Positions 29,575 to 38,011 are shown, counted from the stretch's first letter. The stretch: DNA of 64,000 nt from Thermoplasmata archaeon (GCA_046704665.1 JBJKRJ010000025.1:17772-81771), one strand, 5' to 3'. Notes: generated from the sequence alone by a model not told the origin. Made by a program: numbers and translations.

Positions 29575-29649
29575 TGGGCCCAGCCGGATTTGAACCGGCG
29601 ACCTCCCGGTTATCAGCCGGGTGCTCCAGCCTAACTAAGCTATGGGCCC
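29575..29649 (-). tRNA. tRNA-Ile (anticodon GAU)
   Basis: The reverse complement reads GGGCCCATAGCTTAGTTAGGCTGGAGCACCCGGCTGATAACCGGGAGGTCGCCGGTTCAAATCCGGCTGGGCCCA. It has a 7-bp acceptor stem, a 5-bp anticodon stem with loop CTGATAA, a GTTCAAATC T-loop and discriminator A. No CCA is encoded. Confidence 0.93.
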
Positions 29650-29998
29650 ATCGGGGGGGTCTTTCGTTTCGGGGTGCCCAGCACAGCGGGCGTATTAGAG
29701 CAGCACCTCCACCACGCCGAACCGTCCACCGCTCGTTCCACCGTCAGCGAAACCACCTCGAAGGACGGACTCACCTTGAGATCAATCCGTCCCTTCGCGC
29801 GCCTGCATCGCACCGGGACCGGAACGGTAGGTCCCGCGGGATCTGACCCTGATCCTCACCCTGAATATTCGGATCGCACCGTGCGTGGGATCGCGGCGTG
29901 CTGGGCACCGTCCGCGACCGCGACGAGTTCTTCACCCTCCCGAAGGGCCCGTGTGGACTACGGTCCCGCGCTCCCGTGAGCGCTGATATGGAGTGTTT

Positions 29999-31066
29999 AT
30001 GTCTCCCAGCCCAGTTCGTACGCTGGTCGTGAGCGATCTAACGAGGGCGGCCGCACGGCGACGCACCGGAGAGCTCTCCGAGCCTCCCGTGCGCACGCTG
30101 CACGCAGCGTTCGCCGAGGATGTCCGCAAGGGCCTCACGTCGACACCGAAAGCGATCCCACCACGATGGCTCTACGACGCAGTCGGTTCCACGCTGTTCG
30201 AGGCGATCACCCTCCTTCCGGAGTACTATCTTACGAGGATCGAGGAGGAGATCCTTAGGCTGTACGCCTCAGACATCGCCGAGGCGACGATTCGCGTGAC
30301 GTGCGTGGTCGAGTTCGGCAGCGGCAGTGGACGCAAGACACGGCTCATTCTCGAGCCGCTTCTGGCGCGCGAGCCGGAACTGGTCTACCGACCGATCGAT
30401 ATCTCCGCCGACGCGGCGGCCCAGGCCACGCACGGTCTCACCGTGACGTTACCCCGGCTACGGGTAGAGCCCCTCGTGGGCACGTACGCCGAAGGTATCG
30501 CGGCGCTCGCCCGCGACCCTTCGCGAAAGCTGGTGATGTTCATCGGTTCCAGCCTCGGAAACCTCGATCCCGACGCGGCCTCCCGCTTCCTTCAGGCGGT
30601 CCGTTCGACCTTCGGCCCGGACGATCACCTTCTCCTCGGGGTTGACCTCGAGAAGGACGCTCCCACGATCGAGCGTGCGTACAACGACTCCATCGGCGTC
30701 ACGGCCGCCTTCGCCCGGAACGTCCTCGCGCGAATGAATCGCGAGCTCGGCGCGGATTTCGACCCGACCGCCTTCACGATGCGCGCCGTCTATCGCGCGG
30801 ACGCGCGTCGGGTCGAGATCCACCTCGTGAGCTTGCGCGCGCAACGTGCCCGCCTCCACGACCTTGACCTTGAAGTGTCGTTCGCGGAAGGCGAGACGAT
30901 CCACGTGGAGAATTCCTACAAATTCACCTCCGAGAGCATCGAGGCCCTCGCCCGGGCGTCCGGATTGGGTGTCGAACGGAAATGGACCGACGGAGATCGC
31001 TGGTTCGCGCTCTACCTCATGCGACCGGTCGAGGGGAGCCCCGCGGGGTCGAGCAGGGGAGGATGA
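29999..31066 (+). CDS. egtD: L-histidine N-alpha-methyltransferase (EgtD/EanA family)
   Basis: LYDAVGSTLFEAITLLPEYYLTRIEEEIL, VEFGSGSGRKTR, FIGSSLGNL, LLLGVDL, AYNDSIGVTAAF and ENSYKF all match EgtD-family motifs. The start is uncertain (GTG 29993, ATG 29999 or GTG 30029). Confidence 0.88.
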   Translation: MSPSPVRTLVVSDLTRAAARRRTGELSEPPVRTLHAAFAEDVRKGLTSTPKAIPPRWLYDAVGSTLFEAITLLPEYYLTRIEEEILRLYASDIAEATIRVTCVVEFGSGSGRKTRLILEPLLAREPELVYRPIDISADAAAQATHGLTVTLPRLRVEPLVGTYAEGIAALARDPSRKLVMFIGSSLGNLDPDAASRFLQAVRSTFGPDDHLLLGVDLEKDAPTIERAYNDSIGVTAAFARNVLARMNRELGADFDPTAFTMRAVYRADARRVEIHLVSLRAQRARLHDLDLEVSFAEGETIHVENSYKFTSESIEALARASGLGVERKWTDGDRWFALYLMRPVEGSPAGSSRGG

Positions 31067-31539
31067 CGCAGGAACTACGAGCCACCCACGGGCCGCGCAC
31101 AGTGGCCGAAGAGGCCGCGGCCCTTCGCCAGAGAGAAGAGGCCGTCGTTCGAGCCTTCGAGACACTGAAGGACCGGATGGACGCGTATCGATATCTCGTG
31201 CAGCTCGCGCACGCCCTGCCTCCCTTTCCCGAGAGCGACAAGACGGAAGAGACCCTGGTCCCCGGGTGCACGGCCGAGCTCTGGCTCAAGGCGAGCATGC
31301 GCCAAGGCCGGGTCCAGTTCGCGGTCGATAGCCCCTCCCTGGTCGTGAAGGGCCTCGCGGCGATCTTGATGGAGGTCCTCTCGGACAGCACGCCGGAAGC
31401 GATCGTCGGGGCGGACCTCGAGTTCATCAAGACGATCGGTCTCGAGCACCAGCTCTCGGCGAGCCGATCGAACGGGCTCGCCACGATGGTGCAGCGCATG
31501 CGCGGGTTTGCCGCGGCGCACGCGGGGCGGACAGAATGA
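31063..31539 (+). CDS. SufE/CsdE-like sulfur-acceptor protein
   Basis: ATG at 31063 (ATGA overlap with the egtD stop, GGGGAGG upstream). The product contains LVPGCTAELWL (the conserved persulfide-carrying Cys context of SufE) and the ...LSASRSNGL... tail. Confidence 0.8.
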   Translation: MTQELRATHGPRTVAEEAAALRQREEAVVRAFETLKDRMDAYRYLVQLAHALPPFPESDKTEETLVPGCTAELWLKASMRQGRVQFAVDSPSLVVKGLAAILMEVLSDSTPEAIVGADLEFIKTIGLEHQLSASRSNGLATMVQRMRGFAAAHAGRTE

Positions 31540-32810
31540 GCGGGATCCGAGAGGTCACGACGAACGAGGTGCGCGGAGCTATGGGCGACGGGAAGTCCGT
31601 GATCGTCGATACACGTTCGTCCGATACCTACAACGGCTGGGCGCTCTCCGGCGATCCTCGGGGCGGGCATATCCCTGCGGCGCGCAGCCTGCCGGCCCGG
31701 TGGACCGACTTCATCGACTGGCCCGAGATGGTCGAAGGGAAGGGTCTCGAACCGACCGCGCGCACGATCCTCTACGGGGAGGGTGCGGCCGCCGTCGCGC
31801 ACTACCTCGGACGTCTGGGGTTCGCGAATCTGAGCACGTATCCGGGCTTCGCCGACGAGTGGCTGCCGGACTCCACGCTACCGCTCGCTCGGCCCCTTCG
31901 CTTCGATCACCTGGTCCCCCCCGGGTGGCTGGCGGCGGCCCTCCGTCGGGAGAGAGGGGAGTTCCCGCCCGGCGCAAACGGGCTCGTCATCGGTCATTGC
32001 CACTATCGCAACGAGCACGACTATCGAATGGGGCACATCCCTGGCGCGGTCTCGCTCGACACGCTCCTGCTTGAGACGCCCACTACCTGGAACCGACGCA
32101 CGCCGGATGAACTCGGTCGCGCACTTCGGTCTCTCGGCATCACGAGCACGACGAGCGTGGTCCTCTACGGCCGGGACTCGGTCGCCGCGGTCGATGCCCC
32201 GTTTCCGGGGTCGAGCGCGGGGCAGCTCGCGGCGATGCGTGTCGCATTCATCCTGATGTACTCGGGAGTAGAGGACGTCCGGATTCTGAACGGCGGGCTC
32301 AAGGCGTGGGAGGACGCGGGCCACGCGACCAGCACCGACCCGTCGGCGCCCTCGGAGGCTAGCGACTTCGGAGTGCCCATCCCGGCCCGGCCGGGCATCT
32401 GTCACGACCTGACCGAAGTGAAGGAGCTGCTCGCCTCGAAACGGGGCGCGCTGGTCGACAGTCGCAGCCGACCCGAGCACGAGGGGCTCGTCAGCGGCTA
32501 TAACTACATCCAGAAGAAAGGCGCCATCCCGGGCGCCGTGTTCGTGGCGGGCGGGACCGATGCCTACCATATGGAGACCTACCGTAACCCGGACGGGACC
32601 GCGGCGGAACACGAGGGGATCGCCCGGGCATGGACCGCGCATGGCCTGCAACGGGACGCGCCCGCCTGGTTCTTCTGCGGCACCGGTTGGCGCGCGAGCG
32701 AGGCGTTCTGGAACGGCTGGCTCATGGGGTGGCCCGAGGTCGGCGTCTATGACGGAGGGTGGTTCGAGTGGAGCAACGACCGTGCGAACCCCGTCGTTCG
32801 GGGCCCCTAG
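31536..32810 (+). CDS. Multi-rhodanese-domain sulfurtransferase, EanB-like (candidate hercynine sulfurtransferase)
   Basis: ATGA overlap with the SufE-like stop. There are rhodanese repeats (GHIPAARSL, GHIPGAVSL, GAIPGAVF) and one catalytic loop, FFCGTGWRASE, about 40 residues from the C-terminus. The size (424 aa) and position next to the EgtD homolog match the EanA/EanB arrangement. Confidence 0.75.
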   Translation: MSGIREVTTNEVRGAMGDGKSVIVDTRSSDTYNGWALSGDPRGGHIPAARSLPARWTDFIDWPEMVEGKGLEPTARTILYGEGAAAVAHYLGRLGFANLSTYPGFADEWLPDSTLPLARPLRFDHLVPPGWLAAALRRERGEFPPGANGLVIGHCHYRNEHDYRMGHIPGAVSLDTLLLETPTTWNRRTPDELGRALRSLGITSTTSVVLYGRDSVAAVDAPFPGSSAGQLAAMRVAFILMYSGVEDVRILNGGLKAWEDAGHATSTDPSAPSEASDFGVPIPARPGICHDLTEVKELLASKRGALVDSRSRPEHEGLVSGYNYIQKKGAIPGAVFVAGGTDAYHMETYRNPDGTAAEHEGIARAWTAHGLQRDAPAWFFCGTGWRASEAFWNGWLMGWPEVGVYDGGWFEWSNDRANPVVRGP

Positions 32811-32935
32811 GGTCGCACCACGGAAGGTAGACGGTCGCTCGCCGTTCCCGTCCCAGCCGCTAAGCGCGGTGGCACCCTCGTCCCCTCCGGTCCCTCTTCC
32901 CTCAGTACCTCGCAGGAGCGAGCGCGCAGCGAATG

Positions 32936-32945
32936 TTCTCGAGAA
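32936..32945. repeat. Perfect 10-bp palindrome TTCTCGAGAA in the putative promoter region
   Basis: Read directly. It lies 28-37 nt upstream of the ATG at 32973. Confidence 0.5.
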
Positions 32946-32972
32946 TCGTCTCCGGGCTCTTCCTCAACCCTT

Positions 32973-33215
32973 ATGCGACACGAAGGGCTCCGACCGCCCG
33001 TGGATCCTCGGGAGCGGGAGCTGCTCACCGGCATGGGTAACTGCTACGAGGCGTGCGGCGAGGATTTCGAGGGCACCGTCGAGATGGTCGCGAACTCGCG
33101 GCACCGCACGGTGGACGACGTGAAGGCAACGCTCGAGGCGATGCGACTCCACTACGGCGCGGACGCAGAGTACCTGACCCTGCGCGGACGGCTCCCGGCG
33201 GAGTTCCCCCTGTGA
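32973..33215 (+). CDS. Small hypothetical protein (80 aa)
   Basis: ATG-initiated ORF with balanced, helix-like composition, 25 nt upstream of the next gene on the same strand. No family recognised. Confidence 0.45.
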   Translation: MRHEGLRPPVDPRERELLTGMGNCYEACGEDFEGTVEMVANSRHRTVDDVKATLEAMRLHYGADAEYLTLRGRLPAEFPL

Positions 33216-33240
33216 CGACCCGGCGGCCGACCGGGGGCCG

Positions 33241-34134
33241 ATGACGCAGTGTCCGGCGTGTCTCGAACGCATCGAGGGCGACTCGTACGAGGGGCTGGCG
33301 CGGCACCTCGTCGTCCGGGCGGGGGCGAGCGACTCCGACCACGTCCGCTGGCTGAACCAGAACCTGACCCGGAAGAAGGCACCGGCCGAGGAGCTCGCGG
33401 GACCTCTCGCGGAGTACTTCCGAATCGGCGACGGCGGTCTCTCCCACTGGATCAAGACGAGGTTCATCGCCAAGTTCTTCGGAAAGGTGCCGCACCCGTT
33501 CGTCGCGGCCCTCCAGCATCCGAGCCGGGCGACGCTGCTCGGCTACGTGATCGAGCACCAGCACTTCCTGCGGCAGTGGGTCCGATCGTGTGCGTACATT
33601 ACTGCACGGACCGACGCCCCCGAGGTGGCCCGCTACGAGCTCGAGAACCTCTCCACCGAGTTCCTAGGGTTCGGTCACGGCCAGCCGTCCCATTACGAGC
33701 TCCTCCTACGGATGGGGGAGGGCCTGGGTGTCGATCGGGCCCGCATCCTCGCGACCGAGCCGCTCCCGGCGACCGCCCGCGCGATTCGGGCGTGGAACGA
33801 GATCGCAAGGGACCAGCCGTGGGTCTCCGCCATGGCGGCGATGCATGGCCTCGAGCTGATCGCCCACCGGGACCTCGTCCGGGAGGGCGCGTCGGTGCAC
33901 TATTTCGACCCGACGATCCTTTCGGGCGAGGAGATCCCTCCCGCCGCCCGGGACTTCCTGCGTGAAGGCTACGAGGCCGACGTCGGCCATGCGGACGAGG
34001 CCCTCCGACTCGTGACGCGCTTCGCCGGCGCCCAGGGTGCGATCGAGGAGACCCAGAGCGTCTTTCTGCGGTCGATCGACCTCTTCGACGACTACCTGAT
34101 CGCCCGTCTCGAGCGGGCGAACGACTTCGCATGA
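33241..34134 (+). CDS. Heme-oxygenase-like (iron-containing redox enzyme / PqqC-CADD-like) protein with an N-terminal CxxC extension
   Basis: 297-aa ORF. The N-terminal CPAC is followed by helices carrying candidate di-metal ligands (IEHQHF, ELENLSTEF, SHYELL, MHGLELIAHRD, EGYEADVGH). Confidence 0.6.
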   Translation: MTQCPACLERIEGDSYEGLARHLVVRAGASDSDHVRWLNQNLTRKKAPAEELAGPLAEYFRIGDGGLSHWIKTRFIAKFFGKVPHPFVAALQHPSRATLLGYVIEHQHFLRQWVRSCAYITARTDAPEVARYELENLSTEFLGFGHGQPSHYELLLRMGEGLGVDRARILATEPLPATARAIRAWNEIARDQPWVSAMAAMHGLELIAHRDLVREGASVHYFDPTILSGEEIPPAARDFLREGYEADVGHADEALRLVTRFAGAQGAIEETQSVFLRSIDLFDDYLIARLERANDFA

Positions 34135-34427
34135 AGCGCAACTATACGGGCTGCGCCATCTGCGACTCGACCTGGGGTGACGTCTGGGCCGAGGTCGAGG
34201 GCGAACGGATGTTCTTCTGCTGCGAGCTCTGTGTCACTCAGTTCCGTGGGCTGATCGACCGCATCAAGCAGGAGACCGGCTGGCGCACCGTCGAAGGGAT
34301 CGAGATCGCGGGGGACCGACGCGGGAGGACGTGCGTCGCCTCAGGTCGGGGCGAGACGGCGAGGTTCGCGTTCGCGTTCAACTCGGACGGGGTCGTGCGT
34401 CGGTTCGAGCGTCTCTCCCCCGGCTGA
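34131..34427 (+). CDS. Cys-rich small metal-binding protein (CAIC...CCELC), reminiscent of the Thermoplasma Ta0938 family
   Basis: ATGA overlap with the upstream gene. 98 aa with CxxC and CCxxC motifs. The family assignment is from memory and uncertain. Confidence 0.55.
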   Translation: MKRNYTGCAICDSTWGDVWAEVEGERMFFCCELCVTQFRGLIDRIKQETGWRTVEGIEIAGDRRGRTCVASGRGETARFAFAFNSDGVVRRFERLSPG

Positions 34428-34720
34428 CCCGCGGGGCGGATCGGCTTCCCGGTCTGACCCTTCACGGCCACGCGCGGTGGGGGTTTCGGTCTCGCTGATG
34501 GGTCCGTTGAGCTCCGAGAACGGTGTCTCCTACGATCTCGGTCCGACGTAGGAACGGGGGAGGAATGGGTCCGTCGGGAAGAGCCCCCGACCTGGGGACC
34601 AGTGGCCCGGAGCGGGAAGAACGGCAGGCCGAAGAAGAGGGGCCCTCACGGCTCCGTCCTCGTGACCGTCTAGGGGGGAGGCACGAGACCCTCCAATCCT
34701 CGAGGAGCCTCTTCGCAGAT

Positions 34721-35161
34721 ATGAACCTTGGAGACCGTCTTCTTACGATGACAGGCCCGACGCGTCGGGCACTCTCCCGCATCTACACATTGCTCGCGAT
34801 CGGGGTGCTCGTCCTTGTGGCGCTCGTTGCCTTCCCTTGGCTCATTACACCGTACTACTCCGGCCCTACCACCTCCATAAACGGAACCGCGTACTGTTAC
34901 GAACCGGTATACCTAGACCCTCCAGGTCCGTGGCACTACCTGGCGTGGGGGTTTGCGTTCTCCATAACATCGAGTAGTCCGTCCCCGTCCTATGGGGGCG
35001 TCTACTGGAACATCTCGGTGACGGAACCACAAGGAGTGACCTATTCGGGCGGGACCGGGTGTACGGTCTGCCCGGTAAACCAGACGCTCGAGTGGTTTAC
35101 GCCCGACGGTCTGGCGGGCGTCTCGTTCTCGACCCTGACGACCCTCTACGTCGAGAAGTGA
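34721..35161 (+). CDS. Small membrane-anchored (signal-anchor) extracytoplasmic protein
   Basis: Internal ATG at 34721 of ORF 34523..35161. The product is MNLGDRLL...RRALSRIYTLLAIGVLVLVALVAFPWL followed by a Ser/Thr/Gly/Tyr-rich domain with 3 Cys. The DNA is lower in GC than its surroundings. Confidence 0.5.
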   Translation: MNLGDRLLTMTGPTRRALSRIYTLLAIGVLVLVALVAFPWLITPYYSGPTTSINGTAYCYEPVYLDPPGPWHYLAWGFAFSITSSSPSPSYGGVYWNISVTEPQGVTYSGGTGCTVCPVNQTLEWFTPDGLAGVSFSTLTTLYVEK

Positions 35162-35382
35162 CTCGTTTTCGTCTGCTCGATAAGGGACTGTTTCGACATG
35201 GTCCGAAGGGCAACCTTCCCTTCCATCGAACGGACGTTCGAACCGGAGAAATCACTCACCCTCGGCAAGTGGCCGAAGCGTGTGGATGCCCTTGTCGAAC
35301 CGGGACGGGCCTATAGGTAAGGCGCCGAGTACGTCAGCGCCACTCGGAGCGTGTAACTGACGCTTCCTGAGCCTCCCGAGGT

Positions 35383-35931
35383 CTACACGCCCAGACCATA
35401 GGTACCGCACGACGGGACTCCGAACGTCACGCTGCCACTGCTACCCTGATGACTCCAGAGAGTCGCCCCATCCGGAGCGGTCAGCGTGACGTTAGTTAAC
35501 GGGTAGCTGCTCGCGTACGAAACCGTGGCCGAACCCGACGGACACAGGAGAAAGGAATCGTTCTCCTGGCCCCCACTGCCCAACTGGGCCTCCTCGGTCT
35601 ACCCCTTGGTTTGAGGAAAGGGAACGGTTGCCAGCAGAACTACGACGGTGACCGCGACCGTTCCCGCGCCGGTCAATTCCCATAGCACTCTTCGATTTGG
35701 CTTCCGGGGGGCCTGCGTTGCGTACAGGGACTTCGGGCCCACGCTGTCCGGAACCATCCCCGGAAGGAGCCCCATCCCGAGGGCCACCGACTGTTGTCGT
35801 AATAACGGGACGGTCCGATCCGTCGTTTGGAAGTGGCACCGGAGCCTTCGGAGCGCACGGAACACCCTACCGTTTCCCGTGGCGAAGAGTCCCATCACGA
35901 CCAGCGGACCCGTGTCCGGAACCGCGACCAC
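35383..35931 (-). pseudogene. Small membrane-anchored protein gene interrupted by an in-frame TAG (or two adjacent small ORFs)
   Basis: ORFs 35599..35931 and 35383..35583 are in the same frame, separated only by TAG (35599-35601) plus 5 codons. The upstream part ends with a TM anchor (GAGTVAVTVVVLLATVPF; plausible ATG at 35775). The downstream part is a beta-rich ectodomain with 2 Cys. Confidence 0.35.
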
Positions 35932-36027
35932 CGCGATCCAGAGCGACGGCTGCCGACGCGGTCGCCCTTGGATAGGTCCAGAACGGATCAGTTCCGCCCA
36001 CCGGTAGGCGGACCACCTCGCCGAAGC

Positions 36028-37116
36028 CTATGCGGACTCGGGGGCTGTCGTGAGGGCCCGTGCGGTCGGTGGCGGCGAAGAAGGGACCGTGGGTTCTCCC
36101 GCGTTCCCGCCGTGAGTCCACGAGAACCCCCGCGGGAGGTCCGAACCGGCCGCCGCCGACGACTCGAGGAGCGAACCCATGTCCCGAAGGTTCTCCGGGT
36201 GAACGACCGTCCCGGAGAACGTCCGCACCCACTCGTCCACGGCGACCATCCATCCGGCGCCCTCCGTAGTCCCGGTCGGACGGAAACGGGTGTGCGAGCG
36301 CAGCCAACCCACGACCCTCTGGGGAAGTTGGTCGAGGGGCCGGTCGAAGACGACATGCAGTCCCATCGAGCGCGGCTCTTGCTCTTCCTCGAGGCCCCGA
36401 AGGAAGACCAGAAGCCCCTGGGGCGTGCTCGCGGTGGGGGTTCGGGGTCCGGGCAGGGAGCGACCGGATTCAATGTCGAGAAGGAATCCTGCCAGCGCCG
36501 GCGGCAAATGCGGTCCGTCGGTGCTCCCGTGGACCGCCGAGATCCAGTGCGGGGGCGTCGTTCGTCCCCCCCGGGGCTCGGACGGGGTCGCCCGGACCCC
36601 GAAGACGATCGCGTACGCCGGAGGCCCGACGTACATGCCGAGCAGGTCGATGCGCACGCGACGACCCGGCGCCGTCCGGGCGAACCAGACCGGCCGATCG
36701 CTTCCGGCGAGTCCGCGCGCTTTCCAGATGCGATGGATGACCATGTGATTGACCCCGAGCACGCGGGCGAGCGTTCGCGTGGTCCACGGGTTCCCGTTCG
36801 GCGCCGACTCCATCGCGGTCAGCTGAACGATCCGCTCGACGAGACCCTTCGAGACGCCCGACCGGCCGCCCGAGCGCGGCGCGTCCCGCCGGACCCCTTC
36901 GAGACGGTGCACCGCGAACCGGCGACGCCATCGACCCACGGTCTCGGGATGGATCCTGAGCGCCCTCGCGATCTCAGTATTGGTGCTCCCCGAGGAGGCC
37001 CCCAGGACCACGCGCGCCCGTACGGAGAGACGGTCCTCCGCCGGACGGTTCGTGGCCCAAGCTTCGAGCCATGCCCGCTCGAGCGGCGTCAGGGAGATCG
37101 ACGAGGCCCGGCGCAC
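36028..37116 (-). mobile_element. Degenerate IS630-family transposase homolog (HTH plus eroded DDE domain); no terminal inverted repeats found
   Basis: 362-aa ORF (GTG start). The N-terminus SLTPLERAWLE...NTEIARALRIHPETVGRWRRRF...APRSGGRS is a clear IS630 HTH region. The segment where relatives have LVLCVDEKSQ reads IVFGVRATPS (first catalytic Asp lost). HVVFDRP and WMVAVDEW retain the second Asp and the Glu. Confidence 0.7.
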
Positions 37117-37139
37117 GAGGCTCCGCCACCGGTTCCCGC

Positions 37140-37147
37140 TTTATAAA
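37140..37147 (-). promoter_or_regulatory. Palindromic TATA box TTTATAAA upstream of the IS630-like gene
   Basis: Centred about 27 nt upstream of the GTG at 37116. Confidence 0.5.
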
Positions 37148-37171
37148 CCGTCCGGCGCAAGGCCCCGGGAC

Positions 37172-37999
37172 TTAGAAGCGTGCGATGCTGCCGGTCGAGA
37201 GGGCGCGTCGCTCGAAGTACTCCCAGAGACCGATGGCGAGGCCGAACGACGCGAGGGCGGCGACGCCCACGATACCCCAGAGCGTCGCCATCGTCGAAAG
37301 GGAGGCCCCATCCAGGACGGCGCGGATCGCCGCCACCCCCCAGGTGAGCGGAAGCGCCTCCCCCATCCACTGGAGCGGGGTCGGTAGGCTCGCGAGCGGG
37401 AAGTTGACGCCGGACAGGAGCAGTCCGACGAAGAGGAAGATGTTCCCGAGGATGATCGAGGTGCGTAGGTAGAGCGCGACGCCGCCGAGGAGAAGGCCGA
37501 AGCCGACCATCGCGAAGCCGGTAAGGACGACCGAGACCGCGAGCGGGGCGATCGAGCTGACCGGGATCGTGACGCCGAAGAGCAGGACCGCGTAGACCAG
37601 ACCCACCGCGACCGTGGCGAACGAGAGCAGGATCGGGATCAGTCCGCGCCCGAAGTAGAGCGCGACCCGGTTCGCGGGGGAAACGAGGAGGTGCTCCATC
37701 GTCCCCTGGAACTTCTCGTGGTCGGTCGTCTGACAGACGGAGAAGACGCTCGAGTAGGTGACGGTCGCGACCGCGTTGCCGATCGCGGTGTAGGCGACCT
37801 CGCTGGGGCCGCCCCCACCGAGCTGCACGACGAAGGCGAAGAAGACCATCTGGGTGAGCGGGATGACGAAGACCGTCCCGAGGACGAAGTCGACCCGCAT
37901 GAACCCGAGCGTCGTCCGAGGCGCCATGATGGCGTTCGACCAGAGCGTCCGCCAGAACGAGGTCCGGTAGGGGGCGACGGACGCGAGGGCGGTCGACAA
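37172..37999 (-). CDS. ABC-2 type transporter permease
   Basis: 275-aa ORF with 6 TM segments in an ABC-2 pattern. The TTG start is preceded by GAGGAGG at a 7-nt spacing. Confidence 0.8.
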   Translation of the reverse strand: MSTALASVAPYRTSFWRTLWSNAIMAPRTTLGFMRVDFVLGTVFVIPLTQMVFFAFVVQLGGGGPSEVAYTAIGNAVATVTYSSVFSVCQTTDHEKFQGTMEHLLVSPANRVALYFGRGLIPILLSFATVAVGLVYAVLLFGVTIPVSSIAPLAVSVVLTGFAMVGFGLLLGGVALYLRTSIILGNIFLFVGLLLSGVNFPLASLPTPLQWMGEALPLTWGVAAIRAVLDGASLSTMATLWGIVGVAALASFGLAIGLWEYFERRALSTGSIARF

Positions 38000-38011
38000 A
38001 TCCGGTCCTCC

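Noticed and set aside
29382-29998. tRNA-Ile as an integration site for a genomic island or provirus.
   Set aside because: There is no integrase gene, no direct repeat of the tRNA 3' end found by eye in the flanking several kb, and both neighbours are ordinary metabolic genes.
35225-35241. A TTCGAAC-containing stretch that looked like a tRNA T-arm fragment (possible att remnant).
   Set aside because: The flanks cannot be folded into a 5-bp T-stem or acceptor stem. It is only a 7-bp imperfect palindrome (TCGAACG-GA-CGTTCGA) in a convergent intergenic region.
35599-35601. The in-frame TAG as a pyrrolysine codon or genome-wide amber reassignment.
   Set aside because: TAG is used as an ordinary stop by several well-defined genes in this window (trpB, asd, aroDE, the CoA-transferase, dps, the ABC ATPase). 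No pyl genes are seen here. A nonsense mutation or separate ORFs are more parsimonious.
35994-37133. The shared motif CCGCC(C)ACCGGT at 35994-36011 and 37123-37133 flanking the IS630-like gene, as possible terminal inverted repeats.
   Set aside because: The two copies are in direct rather than inverted orientation, are very short, and lie at unequal distances from the ORF ends. The left copy is itself a hairpin-like palindrome. No TA target duplication is evident.
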